Positions 1 to 9,561 of a DNA stretch of 64,000 nucleotides are shown here, in pieces. The stretch is from an uncultured Candidatus Saccharibacteria bacterium (GTDB taxonomy: Bacteria; Patescibacteriota; Minisyncoccia; Phycocordibacterales; UBA9973): assembly GCA_964532495.1 (NCBI GenBank), contig CAZHJZ010000003.1, forward strand, positions 67,747-131,746, read 5' to 3'. Within the stretch, counting starts at the first letter, position 1. Each line of letters opens with the position of its first letter. The position numbers were made by a program, and so were the translations under genes. The notes beneath the pieces were generated by a model. The model worked only from the letters and a program-made list of their open reading frames with translations. It was not told where the DNA came from and did no database searches.

Positions 1-302
1 TGTTCGTCGGTGCGGAAGAACGGCGCGGCTCGTCCAATGCAAAAAACGGCGAGCCGCGCCTCACTCCCCGTTCTATAGAGCGCATCGTGAAGCAGCACGC
101 CATCAACGCCGGCATTTCCCGCAAAGTCACCCCGCACGTTCTTCGCCACTCATTCGCAACTGACCTGCTTTCAAACGGCGCAGATATTCGCTCGGTTCAA
201 ATGATGCTGGGCCACGCCAACATTGCAACCACACAAGTGTACACACACGTTACCGACAAGCAGCTCCTCGATGTTCATAAAAAGTTTCACTCGAAAAAAT
301 AA
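1..302 (+). CDS. tyrosine recombinase XerC/XerD family, C-terminal fragment (5' end cut by window)
   Basis: Frame open from nt 3; HVLRHSFAT (RHR box II), LGH, and catalytic Tyr in TQVYTHV. Confidence 0.85.
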   Translation, partial: FVGAEERRGSSNAKNGEPRLTPRSIERIVKQHAINAGISRKVTPHVLRHSFATDLLSNGADIRSVQMMLGHANIATTQVYTHVTDKQLLDVHKKFHSKK

Positions 303-507
303 CCACTAATGTTTTTTTACGGTAGCCGGAAAACCCCGCCCTTTTTCGATCGAGGACTGGCGGCGAGGAGAATGACGTTTGTAACCAAACTGCTTGCGTC
401 CGCCTCCGCAGAGAGGAAAAGGGCGGGGTTTGAAGGCGATAGGTAATTAATGTTCAGTATAGTGTTGTTACCTTTGTATTCAGTTCCCACTGTTCTATAA
501 TACCCAC

Positions 508-1158
508 ATGGATTACTCTTCTCAGAAAAAGTTTTTTCAAACATCATACGCCACCGGAAGCGACCACTGGACTTCCCTTCCCTTTGCCCTCAAAGGCGGA
601 GAACTTATACAATCGCTTCAGCCCGGAGCTATGATTCTCGATATCGGCTCTGGCCGCGGACGATTCCCTTTCGAACTCGCCAAAGATGGATTTAAAGTGA
701 TCGGCCTCGACAACATCCCAGCTCTTATTGAAAAGAACAATCAGGAAGTAAAGAATTTTAAGCTCGAATCAAAAATTAGATTTATTGAAGGCGATATTTT
801 TGACATCCCTCTTTCAGATTCTAGTTTTGACGCAGTCGCTGACATCGGCCTCCTTCATCATATTCATCCAGAAGATTGGAGCGAATATCGAAACGAGATC
901 ATTCGAGTGCTCAAGCCCGGTGCGTATTTTTTCTTGATTACTCTTTCCAAAAACACCACAGCATTTCTCGATTGGAAGCCAAAGCAAAATGCTTTCGGCG
1001 ATTTCAGTCACGATGGAGTCTTCTATCACTTTTTTACAACGGAAGAATTGAACGTGCTTTTCGAAAGCGACTTCGATATTCTTTCCGAACGGACTGAAAC
1101 AGTTACTATTCACAACGATCAGGCCTCATATATTGTCAGCCTCATGCGAAAAAAATAG
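508..1158 (+). CDS. class I SAM-dependent methyltransferase
   Basis: ILDIGSGRGRF motif I, acidic LD motif II, VLKPGAYF motif. Confidence 0.75.
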   Translation: MDYSSQKKFFQTSYATGSDHWTSLPFALKGGELIQSLQPGAMILDIGSGRGRFPFELAKDGFKVIGLDNIPALIEKNNQEVKNFKLESKIRFIEGDIFDIPLSDSSFDAVADIGLLHHIHPEDWSEYRNEIIRVLKPGAYFFLITLSKNTTAFLDWKPKQNAFGDFSHDGVFYHFFTTEELNVLFESDFDILSERTETVTIHNDQASYIVSLMRKK

Positions 1159-1159
1159 T

Positions 1160-1981
1160 ATGAAAAAAAACACGCGCATCATTTCATGGAATACTAACGG
1201 CATCCGCTCAACCATCAAGCAAGGATACTTCGAGCCTCTTTTCAAAGAGCACAATCCTAACATTCTCTGCCTGCAGGAAACAAAGGCGACCCCGGAACAG
1301 CTTCCAGAAGAAGTGCGGAATGTTCCCGGATACTTTTCATGTTTCTCTCACCCAAAACTAAAAAAGGGATATAGCGGTGTTGCTATCTATTCAAAAGAAA
1401 AGCCAATCTCTGTGGCGTATGATTTCCCTGCTGCAATTCTCAAGAAGTTCAACATGAGCGAGGATAAGTATGGCGATCCTACACTCGAGGGGCGATTGCT
1501 TATTGCTGAATTCAAAGATTTTTATGTAGTAAACGTCTATACCCCGAATTCCAAAGGCGACCTGTCTCGCATTCCTCTACGCCACAAACTCTGGGATCCA
1601 GCATTTCTTGCCATGTGCAAGCAGCTCGAGAAAAAGAAGCCCGTGGTTTTTTGCGGAGATCTTAATGTTGCTCACCAAGCAATCGATCTCGCACGTCCAA
1701 AACAAAACGAAGGCTCGCATGGCTTTACCATCGAAGAGCGCGAAGGTGTAGATAAAATAATCAAAGCCGGCTTCGTTGATACCTTCCGACATTTCAATCC
1801 CACTCTCACTGAGGCTTATACGTACTGGGATCAGTTTTCTCATGCTCGCGATCGCAATATCGGATGGCGCATTGATTACTTTTTTGTTTCTAATTCTCTC
1901 GTGCCAAAACTAAAAACAGCCAGCATTCTTGCTGACTATTATGGAAGCGATCATTGTCCGATCGTTATAGACTTTAAATAG
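1160..1981 (+). CDS. xth: exodeoxyribonuclease III / AP endonuclease
   Basis: IISWNTNGIR...ILCLQETK N-terminal motif and SDHCP C-terminal motif of ExoIII family; start chosen at MKKNTRIISWN. Confidence 0.85.
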   Translation: MKKNTRIISWNTNGIRSTIKQGYFEPLFKEHNPNILCLQETKATPEQLPEEVRNVPGYFSCFSHPKLKKGYSGVAIYSKEKPISVAYDFPAAILKKFNMSEDKYGDPTLEGRLLIAEFKDFYVVNVYTPNSKGDLSRIPLRHKLWDPAFLAMCKQLEKKKPVVFCGDLNVAHQAIDLARPKQNEGSHGFTIEEREGVDKIIKAGFVDTFRHFNPTLTEAYTYWDQFSHARDRNIGWRIDYFFVSNSLVPKLKTASILADYYGSDHCPIVIDFK

Positions 1982-2648
1982 CTTCTTTCTTTTTCTTGTA
2001 TACGCCCGGTATCCATGTGCGTTCTTTTTTACTGCCAGTTCGAGCGAGGACATACTCACCGAAGGCGATGTCACGGATGAATTTAGAAAGGGCGAACAAA
2101 ATGGCAATGCCTATCAAGATAAGGAAAATATTTCGCACAGTTCCCAGTCCGTTTACGATCAATTGAAAACGATCTTGGAAATAATCCCCTACCAAAAGCA
2201 GTACTGGTACATATATAAGGAGGGCGGCAAGCTCATACTTCAAGAATTTCATGTATGGCATTTTCTTCTGTCCGGCGAGGAACGGCCCAAGGAATCTGAA
2301 TTGCATCATGAAGCGAGTGTAGAAAATCACTCTGCCCGGATTTCTGTCGATCCAGTCCTGTCGTGAGCTCAATGTTTTTGCGAAGAATCGGTCGTAGAAA
2401 GCTGTTAGAAGACGAGCGCCACGTCGAGCAAGCAGATACATGACAGTGTCGCTGATAATAAGCCCGAGCAAAATGATAGGAAATGCGATAAAGCCGTTGA
2501 TCACTCCAGTACCCACAACGTATCCCATGACCAAGATAACGATCTCTTCTGGGAACGGTACGACAACATTGGCGAGGATAGATATGACAAAAACGCCGAG
2601 GTATGAGAATGCGCCGATATTGTCTATAAGTATTTGTGTCTCAGTCAC
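1974..2648 (-). CDS. DedA/SNARE-associated (TVP38/TMEM64) family membrane protein
   Basis: Multi-TM protein with the VPFPEE ... G motif typical of DedA. Confidence 0.65.
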   Translation of the reverse strand: MTETQILIDNIGAFSYLGVFVISILANVVVPFPEEIVILVMGYVVGTGVINGFIAFPIILLGLIISDTVMYLLARRGARLLTAFYDRFFAKTLSSRQDWIDRNPGRVIFYTRFMMQFRFLGPFLAGQKKMPYMKFLKYELAALLIYVPVLLLVGDYFQDRFQLIVNGLGTVRNIFLILIGIAILFALSKFIRDIAFGEYVLARTGSKKERTWIPGVYKKKKEAI

Positions 2649-2757
2649 CGAGAAAGTATAGCAGAATCAAGCTCGTTTGACATCACGGGGGTATTTTAGT
2701 AGAACTAGGGCAAAACCGCAGTTATTTTGACTGTGCGAACTTAAAAACAAAACCATT

Positions 2758-4221
2758 ATGGCGATTAAAAAAATTAAACCAGGAGGCAAACTAAACAACA
2801 ACGCAAAACTGACAGACGATGAGCATGCCCTGCTCGCCCTTTCTCCACTCGATGGTAGGTACAAAAACACTACCAAAAAGCTGGGAGAGTATTTTAGCGA
2901 ATTTGCACTGCAAAAATACCGCTTATTGATTGAGGTTTTATACCTTGAAGATTTTTGCCGGATTACTGGTATTGATATATCGGGACGCCAGCAGAATATA
3001 TTGGATACTATAGTGCCGAATTTTTCCCGCGCAGATGCTAAGCGCATTAAAGAAATCGAAAAAGGCAAAAAGAACAGCAAAGGAATAATAACAGTGCCTG
3101 GCATTAACCACGACCTTAAATCAGTAGAAGTATTTTTGCGTGAAAAATTAACTGCGTTAAAGTTTAATAACAAAATTCTGGGCGCTATTCATTTTGGCCT
3201 CACCAGCGGCGATATCGATAATATCGCCAGAACGTGGATGCTGGCTGACGCTACGAATATTATGATGAAAGACACCTACGCAGTGATAGACAGGCTAAAA
3301 GCAGATTGCGAAGATTATGCCAGCTTGGCTATGGTTGCCAGAACTCACGGACAGCCGGCTGTGCCGACTACATATGGCAAAGAGGTAAACGTGTTTAAGC
3401 GTCGGCTTACCCATCAGTTAGGCACACTCACCGAGTTTACTTTCTCTGTAAAATTCGGAGGCGCGGTAGGAAACTTCAATGCGTTGCACGTTGCATACCC
3501 TAAGATTGATTGGGAGAAATTTGCTGATACATTTGTGGAGAAAATTTCAAACCGCATGATTTTTGGTAAATTACTGCGTGAAAAAGTTACTACGCAGATT
3601 GATTCCTACGATTCGCAGGCTGAATTTTTTGCCGTGTTTACTCGCTTCAATACTATATTGATGGGTTTATGCCATGATATGTGGGAAATGATAAGCGACG
3701 ATCTATTGCTTCAGAAAAAAGTAAAAGAAGAAGTAGGCTCATCCGCTATGCCGCAAAAGGTTAACCCGATTGATTTTGAAAATGCTGAAGGCAACCTGGG
3801 GTTGGCAAACTCGCAGTTTTTCCACTTTATGGCCAAACTTCCTATTTCTCGCCGTCAGCGAGATCTAACTGACTCGACGGTGGTTAGGAATATAGGTGTT
3901 GCATTGGGGCATAGTTTGATTGCATACCAATCGCTATTGAGAGGGTTGAATAAAATCAGCCCGAATGTTGATAAAATGCAGGCCCAACTTGAAGCAAACC
4001 CTGAAATAATTACCGAAGGCATACAGACGATTTTACGGAGAGAAGGTATGCCGGATGCTTACAATATGCTCAAAGACTTAAGCCGTGGAAACAAACTGAC
4101 ACGCGCAATGATTGCCCAGTTTGTACATGAGCTGAAAGTTAAGCAAAGCGTGAAGCAAGAGATTTTGGCAATTACGCCGCAAAATTATTTGGGGTATGCC
4201 AAAAATTTAGCCTGGCAATAG
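2758..4221 (+). CDS. purB: adenylosuccinate lyase
   Basis: Fumarate-lyase signature SSAMPQKVNP, TSGDIDN, HGQPAVPTT; ~487 aa long-type PurB. Confidence 0.9.
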   Translation: MAIKKIKPGGKLNNNAKLTDDEHALLALSPLDGRYKNTTKKLGEYFSEFALQKYRLLIEVLYLEDFCRITGIDISGRQQNILDTIVPNFSRADAKRIKEIEKGKKNSKGIITVPGINHDLKSVEVFLREKLTALKFNNKILGAIHFGLTSGDIDNIARTWMLADATNIMMKDTYAVIDRLKADCEDYASLAMVARTHGQPAVPTTYGKEVNVFKRRLTHQLGTLTEFTFSVKFGGAVGNFNALHVAYPKIDWEKFADTFVEKISNRMIFGKLLREKVTTQIDSYDSQAEFFAVFTRFNTILMGLCHDMWEMISDDLLLQKKVKEEVGSSAMPQKVNPIDFENAEGNLGLANSQFFHFMAKLPISRRQRDLTDSTVVRNIGVALGHSLIAYQSLLRGLNKISPNVDKMQAQLEANPEIITEGIQTILRREGMPDAYNMLKDLSRGNKLTRAMIAQFVHELKVKQSVKQEILAITPQNYLGYAKNLAWQ

Positions 4222-4251
4222 GACTAGTAGTACTTATATTTAATTCATTAA

Positions 4252-4283
4252 AACGGTCTCCAAATGGAGGCCGTCTTTTTTTA
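4252..4283 (+). terminator. rho-independent terminator after purB
   Basis: acggtctcc-aaat-ggaggccgt stem followed by a T7 run. Confidence 0.7.
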
Positions 4284-4316
4284 CCCACTTTCCGCTCATA
4301 ATGCTATACTATATAT

Positions 4317-4580
4317 ATGCAAGAAGTACTGCACGCAAATATATTCTTCATAATTACGGCAATCGGGGTTGTGGTCATTACGATCCTTCTTTCGATCTTG
4401 CTCGTATACGGCATCAAGCTGGTCAGAAACCTTTCGGATATTAGCCGAGAAGTGAAGGACGAAGCTCACGAGTATGTGGATGCCGCCCGAACGTTTCGGG
4501 AGAGAATCATGGACCTCCCTATGGTGTCCTGGTTTGCAGGAAAAAAGCATTCTCGCAAATCGAAGCGGGATCAGGATTAA
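4317..4580 (+). CDS. small membrane-anchored hypothetical protein
   Basis: 87-aa ORF with N-terminal TM helix and charged C-terminus; first gene of a two-gene unit between two terminators. Confidence 0.4.
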   Translation: MQEVLHANIFFIITAIGVVVITILLSILLVYGIKLVRNLSDISREVKDEAHEYVDAARTFRERIMDLPMVSWFAGKKHSRKSKRDQD

Positions 4581-4593
4581 TTTTTTACACGCT

Positions 4594-4995
4594 ATGGCAA
4601 AGAAAGCAATGTCTACAGGAGCAAAAGTAATGGTTGGTACAGGCTTGGCTGCTCTCGCAGTCGCAGGAGTAGCTGGCGCATATTTCCTCTATGGAAAGGA
4701 TGGTGCAAAGAATCGCAAAAAAGTAAAAACATGGGCAATGCGAGCAAAGGCTGACGTCATCGACAAATTGGAAAAGGCCAAGGTTGTTTCAGAAGAGAAC
4801 TACCACATGATCGTTGATGGCGCGCTTAGCAAGTACGCAAAGGTCAAGGATATCGGTCCAGAAGAACTCGCAGCTCTCTCAAAGGAACTCAAGTCACACT
4901 GGAAGACTATCAAGGCTGAACTTTCTCCAAAGGTAAAGCAGGCAAAAGGCGCTGCGAAGAAAGTAGTTGCGAAAGCAAAGAAAGCTGTTAAATAA
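4594..4995 (+). CDS. YtxH-like small protein (N-terminal TM anchor, lysine-rich tail)
   Basis: MAKKAMSTGAKVMVGTGLAALAVAGVAGAYFLYGKDG resembles YtxH/DUF948 N-termini; internal start chosen within ORF 4474..4995. Confidence 0.4.
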   Translation: MAKKAMSTGAKVMVGTGLAALAVAGVAGAYFLYGKDGAKNRKKVKTWAMRAKADVIDKLEKAKVVSEENYHMIVDGALSKYAKVKDIGPEELAALSKELKSHWKTIKAELSPKVKQAKGAAKKVVAKAKKAVK

Positions 4996-5010
4996 GCTTT
5001 AGGAAAAAAG

Positions 5011-5043
5011 AAAAGGGCGCCGGCGAAGCCGGCGCCCTTTTGC
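5011..5043. terminator. bidirectional rho-independent terminator
   Basis: aaaagggcgccggc-gaa-gccggcgcccttttg perfect GC stem flanked by A and T runs, between convergent genes. Confidence 0.8.
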
Positions 5044-5057
5044 ATTGTATTTTTTTC

Positions 5058-5543
5058 TTACTTCGCTACCGCAACCGTCAACGTATCCGGATTCAATCCC
5101 CCACTTGGATTGTCTTCAGTAAATTTCAATGTCATCCGTCCTGTGTAAGCAGGATTTGAGATTGAAGTAATAGTCGCAGAATACTGAGTAGCGTTTGATG
5201 TCATCCAATCGCTTGTTGTGCTGAGCGGTACCATTGCAACAACGTTTCCATTTTGATCCAATACTTCAACTGGTCCAGCCTGTGCTTCAAACACTGTCCA
5301 TGCACAGCCAAGAGATTGTGCCTGTGTGTTGTCCACTGTTGCATTGATGGTAAGCGGGAAGGTCACAGTATCTCCTGGAAGCGGGCTGTTTACTGTCAGT
5401 CCGCAGTGACTTGCCGCTACTGCTTGCTGCTGACCTTGGTTGTTATTATTTGTGCTTGGTGCAACAGCTCTATTTTTGCTGATAGTGTATGCACCAAGGC
5501 CGATAACAATGATAATAAGAATAGCTAAAAGTGTATTTTTCAT
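5058..5543 (-). CDS. secreted Gmad2-like immunoglobulin-fold domain protein
   Basis: Signal/TM MKNTLLAILIIIVIGLGA; SPLPGDTVTFPL ... FEAQAGPVEVLDQNGNVVA pattern of GerM/Gmad2 Ig-like domain. Confidence 0.45.
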   Translation of the reverse strand: MKNTLLAILIIIVIGLGAYTISKNRAVAPSTNNNNQGQQQAVAASHCGLTVNSPLPGDTVTFPLTINATVDNTQAQSLGCAWTVFEAQAGPVEVLDQNGNVVAMVPLSTTSDWMTSNATQYSATITSISNPAYTGRMTLKFTEDNPSGGLNPDTLTVAVAK

Positions 5544-5658
5544 GATTAAATGATTACTTATTAATGCTACATGTATACTATATATAGTATACCACCAAAA
5601 AATGTCCGCTTGACACTAACCCCTCTGACCGATAAGGTAAAGAAAAAACTTCTTCCCG

Positions 5659-6357
5659 ATGAAATATTCCCCCGAAACTCCTTTAAAAGTATTCGTATTT
5701 TTTCAAAACGGCGCAAGCGGCATTCGCTATTGCATGGAACATGATCCGTACTACGCTACCTCAAAAAAGTATACAGTAGTTGGCGTGTTTACTGATAACA
5801 AAAATGCCACGGCGCCTCCCTACTTTACAGAAAAAGGAATACCAACTTTTTGTCTGGATGTAGATGACTTCTATGCCCCATTCGGCGTACGGCCCAAAAA
5901 AGATCCTGATTTCAAAATTCGCGAAGAATATTGCAAGCAGGTATATGAAATGATTAAGGATCTCGACTTCGACCTTATATTATTTTCCGGTTTTGATTTG
6001 CTTATCACCAAATCGCTGATTGATCCGTATCCAAAACAGATCATCAACGAGCATCCTGCCGATGTACGTCCGCAGGAAAATGGCAAACCTAAATACGCTG
6101 GCCTGCATGACAAGCCCGTACAGTTGGCCATTGATGCTGGTGAGAAAGTTCTCTACTCAAGCGTTATATTCGTTGAAGGAACAGAAGCCGATACCGGAGC
6201 TATCGTATGTGTTTACGATGAAGAAGGTGTTACGGTTGATACCCAGCAATTTACTACTACGCAGCACCGCGAGCAGCTTAAGCCCTTCGGCGGAAAGTCG
6301 ATCCAAAAAGCATTGCATATGATTTGCGACGAAGAAATTGCTATCGGCGTTGAATAA
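5659..6357 (+). CDS. purN: divergent phosphoribosylglycinamide formyltransferase-like (formyl_trans_N fold)
   Basis: EKGIPTFCLD and IINEHPADVRP...AGLH align to PurN motifs (AGIPTFVLD; IINIHPSLLP..GLH); sits between purB and purD. Confidence 0.55.
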   Translation: MKYSPETPLKVFVFFQNGASGIRYCMEHDPYYATSKKYTVVGVFTDNKNATAPPYFTEKGIPTFCLDVDDFYAPFGVRPKKDPDFKIREEYCKQVYEMIKDLDFDLILFSGFDLLITKSLIDPYPKQIINEHPADVRPQENGKPKYAGLHDKPVQLAIDAGEKVLYSSVIFVEGTEADTGAIVCVYDEEGVTVDTQQFTTTQHREQLKPFGGKSIQKALHMICDEEIAIGVE

Positions 6358-6517
6358 CGTTTGATAAAAAAGATATAGAATTATATATGGTTACATTGGT
6401 TTACGATATGGTTTGGCTGCGTCTTGCGAAAGCGAGGCGCGGTTTTTTTATTTGCCCAAAGCCAGTTCCTGTGGTAATACTAAGGCATCACATTTTTTTA
6501 AACGTAAATAATTAATT

Positions 6518-7867
6518 ATGAAAACAACCTCTTTCAACATCCTCATTTTAGATAGTGGGGGCCGCGGTACTGCGCTAGCGCAGGCATTACGCGAAAGCAG
6601 TAAGAACAACAATCTTTTAGGTAGCCTCTATGTTGCTCCTGGCAATGCAGGTACAGCGCTTGTAGCGGAAAATGTACCCATTGGTATGAACGATTTCGAA
6701 GCGCTTAAAATATTTTGCTTACAAAAAGAAATTGATGTAATTATCCCTGGCTCGGAAGAACCGCTGGCTAATGGCATTAAAGATTTTTTTGCAAACGATC
6801 TGTCAACCAAAAGTATCTGCGTAGCAGGCCCGACCAAGGCAGCTGCTCAGATCGAATCAAGCAAATCCTTTGCGAAAGGGCTTATGCAAAAAAATGGCAT
6901 TCCGACTGCCGACTACCAGGTATTTACTCTGGATACTATTGCGGAAGGATTCGATTTTATTGATGAGTTTACTGGTCCGGTTGTTCTAAAAGCAGATGGC
7001 CTTGCCGGCGGCAAGGGTGTGATTATTTGCAAAGAAAACGGCGAAGCAAAAGAAACATTGAAAGCGATGCTTGAAGGCAAATTCGGCGCAGCGAGCGCTA
7101 CGGTTGTTGTTGAAGAATTTTTGGAAGGGATTGAATTTTCCGTGTTCGTGCTAACCAACGGCGTTGATTATTTTATTTTGCCGGTGGCGAAAGACTATAA
7201 GATGTCGCACAATGGGAATACTGGATTGAATACCGGTGGCACAGGAGTTGTTTCTCCGCTTCCATTTATTACATCATCCTTTATGCAGAAAGTTGAAGGG
7301 CGTATTATCAGGCCGATATTGCAGGCAATGCAGAATGAGAAAACGGCGTTTGCTGGCTTCCTCTACGGCGGACTGATTAAGGTTGGTGATGACCCGTTTG
7401 TAATTGAATTCAATTGCAGGCTGGGTGATCCCGAAACTGAACTATCGCTGCTTCGTTGCAAAACCAATTTCCTTGAATTGCTGCTTGCATATAAAGGTGG
7501 CACTTTGAAAAGCGTTGAAGATTTGGGCGACAAAGCCGGCTACAAAGTTGCAGTTGTAATTATGGACGAAGGTTACCCTGAAACCGTAAAACATAAAGGC
7601 AGAATAATAGAACCAAGCGACCCATTGCTACACAATTCTAATTTTATTATTTCCGGCCTTCAGATGAATGCCGAAGGAAAATTAGTTGTAACCAGCGGCC
7701 GTATTGGCGTATGTATCGGCAGCGATCCGAGTTCTCTTGCCTTCGCGAAACGGAATGCGGATGAAAACGCAGAAATTGTAATGGAAGCGCTTGGACCTGG
7801 GTTCCGTTACCGTACAGATATTGGCGATGATATTATTTCGCTTCAGTCGCAAGTTGCAGCTAAGTAA
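6518..7867 (+). CDS. purD: phosphoribosylamine--glycine ligase
   Basis: ILILDSGGRGTALA, VAPGNAGTA, ATP-grasp core (VLKADGLAGGKGV), PurD C-domain. Confidence 0.9.
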   Translation: MKTTSFNILILDSGGRGTALAQALRESSKNNNLLGSLYVAPGNAGTALVAENVPIGMNDFEALKIFCLQKEIDVIIPGSEEPLANGIKDFFANDLSTKSICVAGPTKAAAQIESSKSFAKGLMQKNGIPTADYQVFTLDTIAEGFDFIDEFTGPVVLKADGLAGGKGVIICKENGEAKETLKAMLEGKFGAASATVVVEEFLEGIEFSVFVLTNGVDYFILPVAKDYKMSHNGNTGLNTGGTGVVSPLPFITSSFMQKVEGRIIRPILQAMQNEKTAFAGFLYGGLIKVGDDPFVIEFNCRLGDPETELSLLRCKTNFLELLLAYKGGTLKSVEDLGDKAGYKVAVVIMDEGYPETVKHKGRIIEPSDPLLHNSNFIISGLQMNAEGKLVVTSGRIGVCIGSDPSSLAFAKRNADENAEIVMEALGPGFRYRTDIGDDIISLQSQVAAK

Positions 7868-7934
7868 TATAACTAAGTACAGATTATATAGAATGCTAAA
7901 GCATCTGCTTCACAATCGTGAGGTAGGTGTTTTT

Positions 7935-8693
7935 TTATTTCTCACTCTCCCACAATTTTTTAAATACTTCTCTCATGTTGTGCGCCAATACCGCATCATG
8001 AATTTCTACAAGATAGAACGGCCGCTGTCCGGTCACTACGAGAATAATATAATCTCCGCATATCCACTGTGTGCCGGTGAATTGATTCTCCCCTTTCCAA
8101 AATTTGATGAATCGCTTCTCCGCATATTTTCCTTCCATCATGTCTTCGGCGGCAGATTTGTTGCTGAAGAGTTTCAGTACCATTTCTTTCGGAGCGCGAT
8201 TCCATTCCCAATCAATAATGTGCTTGAAGTGTTCAACATACGTATGATCTTGAAAGCCCCAATATGTCAGGTCATGCATCTGCATGCTTTGATGCCATCG
8301 CGGAATAGCTTCGTACAGATACGATTCAAGATCTGCCTCGTCAACGAATCGGATTTTTGGAATTGAAAACGTTTTGGATTCTGGAATATTTTTGAGAACT
8401 TCTTGGAGTTCGTGGATGGAATTTTCTTTTTCTTTCAATACTTCGTGTTCACGCGAAATGATTTTCTCAAGTTCTTCTTGCCGCGCAGGCATGTAGTAGA
8501 GTACTTTGCCGCCAAGGTCTTCGACGATCAAGCCTTTTTCCTGCAATTCCTTCGCTACGCTATATACAGTTGTGCGATTGATCTTGGTCAGCCGAGAAAC
8601 TAGCGCTGGAGCGATCTTGCCCCGTTCAAGTATTAGTTTATAGATGATTTGCTCTTTATTACCGAGTCCAAGCTTCTCCAAGATTTTTTCCAT
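7935..8693 (-). CDS. TrmB-family transcriptional regulator (paralog 1)
   Basis: N-terminal wHTH GLGNKEQIIYKLILERGKIAPALVSRLTKINRTTVYSVAKELQEKGLI plus TrmB-type C-domain; paralog of 15262..16044. Confidence 0.7.
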   Translation of the reverse strand: MEKILEKLGLGNKEQIIYKLILERGKIAPALVSRLTKINRTTVYSVAKELQEKGLIVEDLGGKVLYYMPARQEELEKIISREHEVLKEKENSIHELQEVLKNIPESKTFSIPKIRFVDEADLESYLYEAIPRWHQSMQMHDLTYWGFQDHTYVEHFKHIIDWEWNRAPKEMVLKLFSNKSAAEDMMEGKYAEKRFIKFWKGENQFTGTQWICGDYIILVVTGQRPFYLVEIHDAVLAHNMREVFKKLWESEK

Positions 8694-8862
8694 ATAAGCT
8701 TACTGTAGCAGAGTTGTTGGAAAAGTGCCAACAGTATTTGCAGAAATATGGTTTATATATTGATAAATAAAGGTATTTTAGTCACATATTTATTGACATT
8801 ACGTAGAATTATGGCATTCTAAGAGAAAAGAATCTAATTTCCTCACTCTTTAATACAAATAT

Positions 8863-9477
8863 ATGGAAAAGAAAAAATTCTATGAAGGCTATGGCAAGCA
8901 ACTGTCTTTCATCTATCATCTCTATCCCCGCACTTGGAAGTTTACCGGTTCATTTTATTTAGCAGTGCTTTTTGGGATATTGGCACGGGATTCTATATTT
9001 AACGAACCTAGATCAATATGGCTTACTTTGCTGATGATTCTTGTAATTGCAGTATCTTGGATGTTCCGTCTTGCATATCTATACCAAATTTTTGCAATGC
9101 ACTATGAATACTACGGAAAAGGCTTTTTTGTGAAAAGATGCTGGGTATATGGCCGGAGGTTTTTTAAAAAAATACTAGTCTACCTAAGAGTTGCCGGTGC
9201 CATCATTATATTTATTTTGTATGCAGGAATTACTCTTTCTGTCCTAATGTGGACAGGACCTATAGTAATTGGAACTTTTGGTACCTGTATGTGGCTAGGT
9301 TTAATGATCTACGATATTGCCTTATCGCACGGAATTGAAGAACACATAAGCATACTGATCGGATTCACAGAAGTTTGTATCTACCTAGGTTTGGTTATTG
9401 TCCCCATAGACTTATATGGAGAGAAATTCCTTAAATGGTGGTTCGGCCTTTACGAGAAAATTGGTGAATTAGTGTAA
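8863..9477 (+). CDS. polytopic membrane protein, hypothetical
   Basis: 204 aa with ~6 hydrophobic helices; first gene of the 8863-11895 operon. Confidence 0.45.
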   Translation: MEKKKFYEGYGKQLSFIYHLYPRTWKFTGSFYLAVLFGILARDSIFNEPRSIWLTLLMILVIAVSWMFRLAYLYQIFAMHYEYYGKGFFVKRCWVYGRRFFKKILVYLRVAGAIIIFILYAGITLSVLMWTGPIVIGTFGTCMWLGLMIYDIALSHGIEEHISILIGFTEVCIYLGLVIVPIDLYGEKFLKWWFGLYEKIGELV

Positions 9478-9561
9478 TTAAAACGGAGATACTTCGGTAT
9501 CTCCTCATTCTTCAGCCCACGAGCATTCGCTGGCTGATTATGGGATAATGGGTTTACCAAT

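Noticed and set aside
1-302. XerC/D fragment as marker of an integron or mobile element
   Set aside because: Only the housekeeping-type C-terminal catalytic region is present. It is followed by ordinary metabolic genes, with no attC-like repeats or cassette structure.
2667-3173. 168-aa minus-strand ORF antisense to purB
   Set aside because: Fully embedded antisense in a well-supported conserved gene, with low-complexity translation. This is a typical shadow ORF. Other antisense ORFs were rejected on the same grounds: 814..1113, 6628..7158, 10675..11341, 18697..19152, 28462..29599, 32141..32539, 34962..35645, 41435..41902, 47163..47843, 53233..54270.
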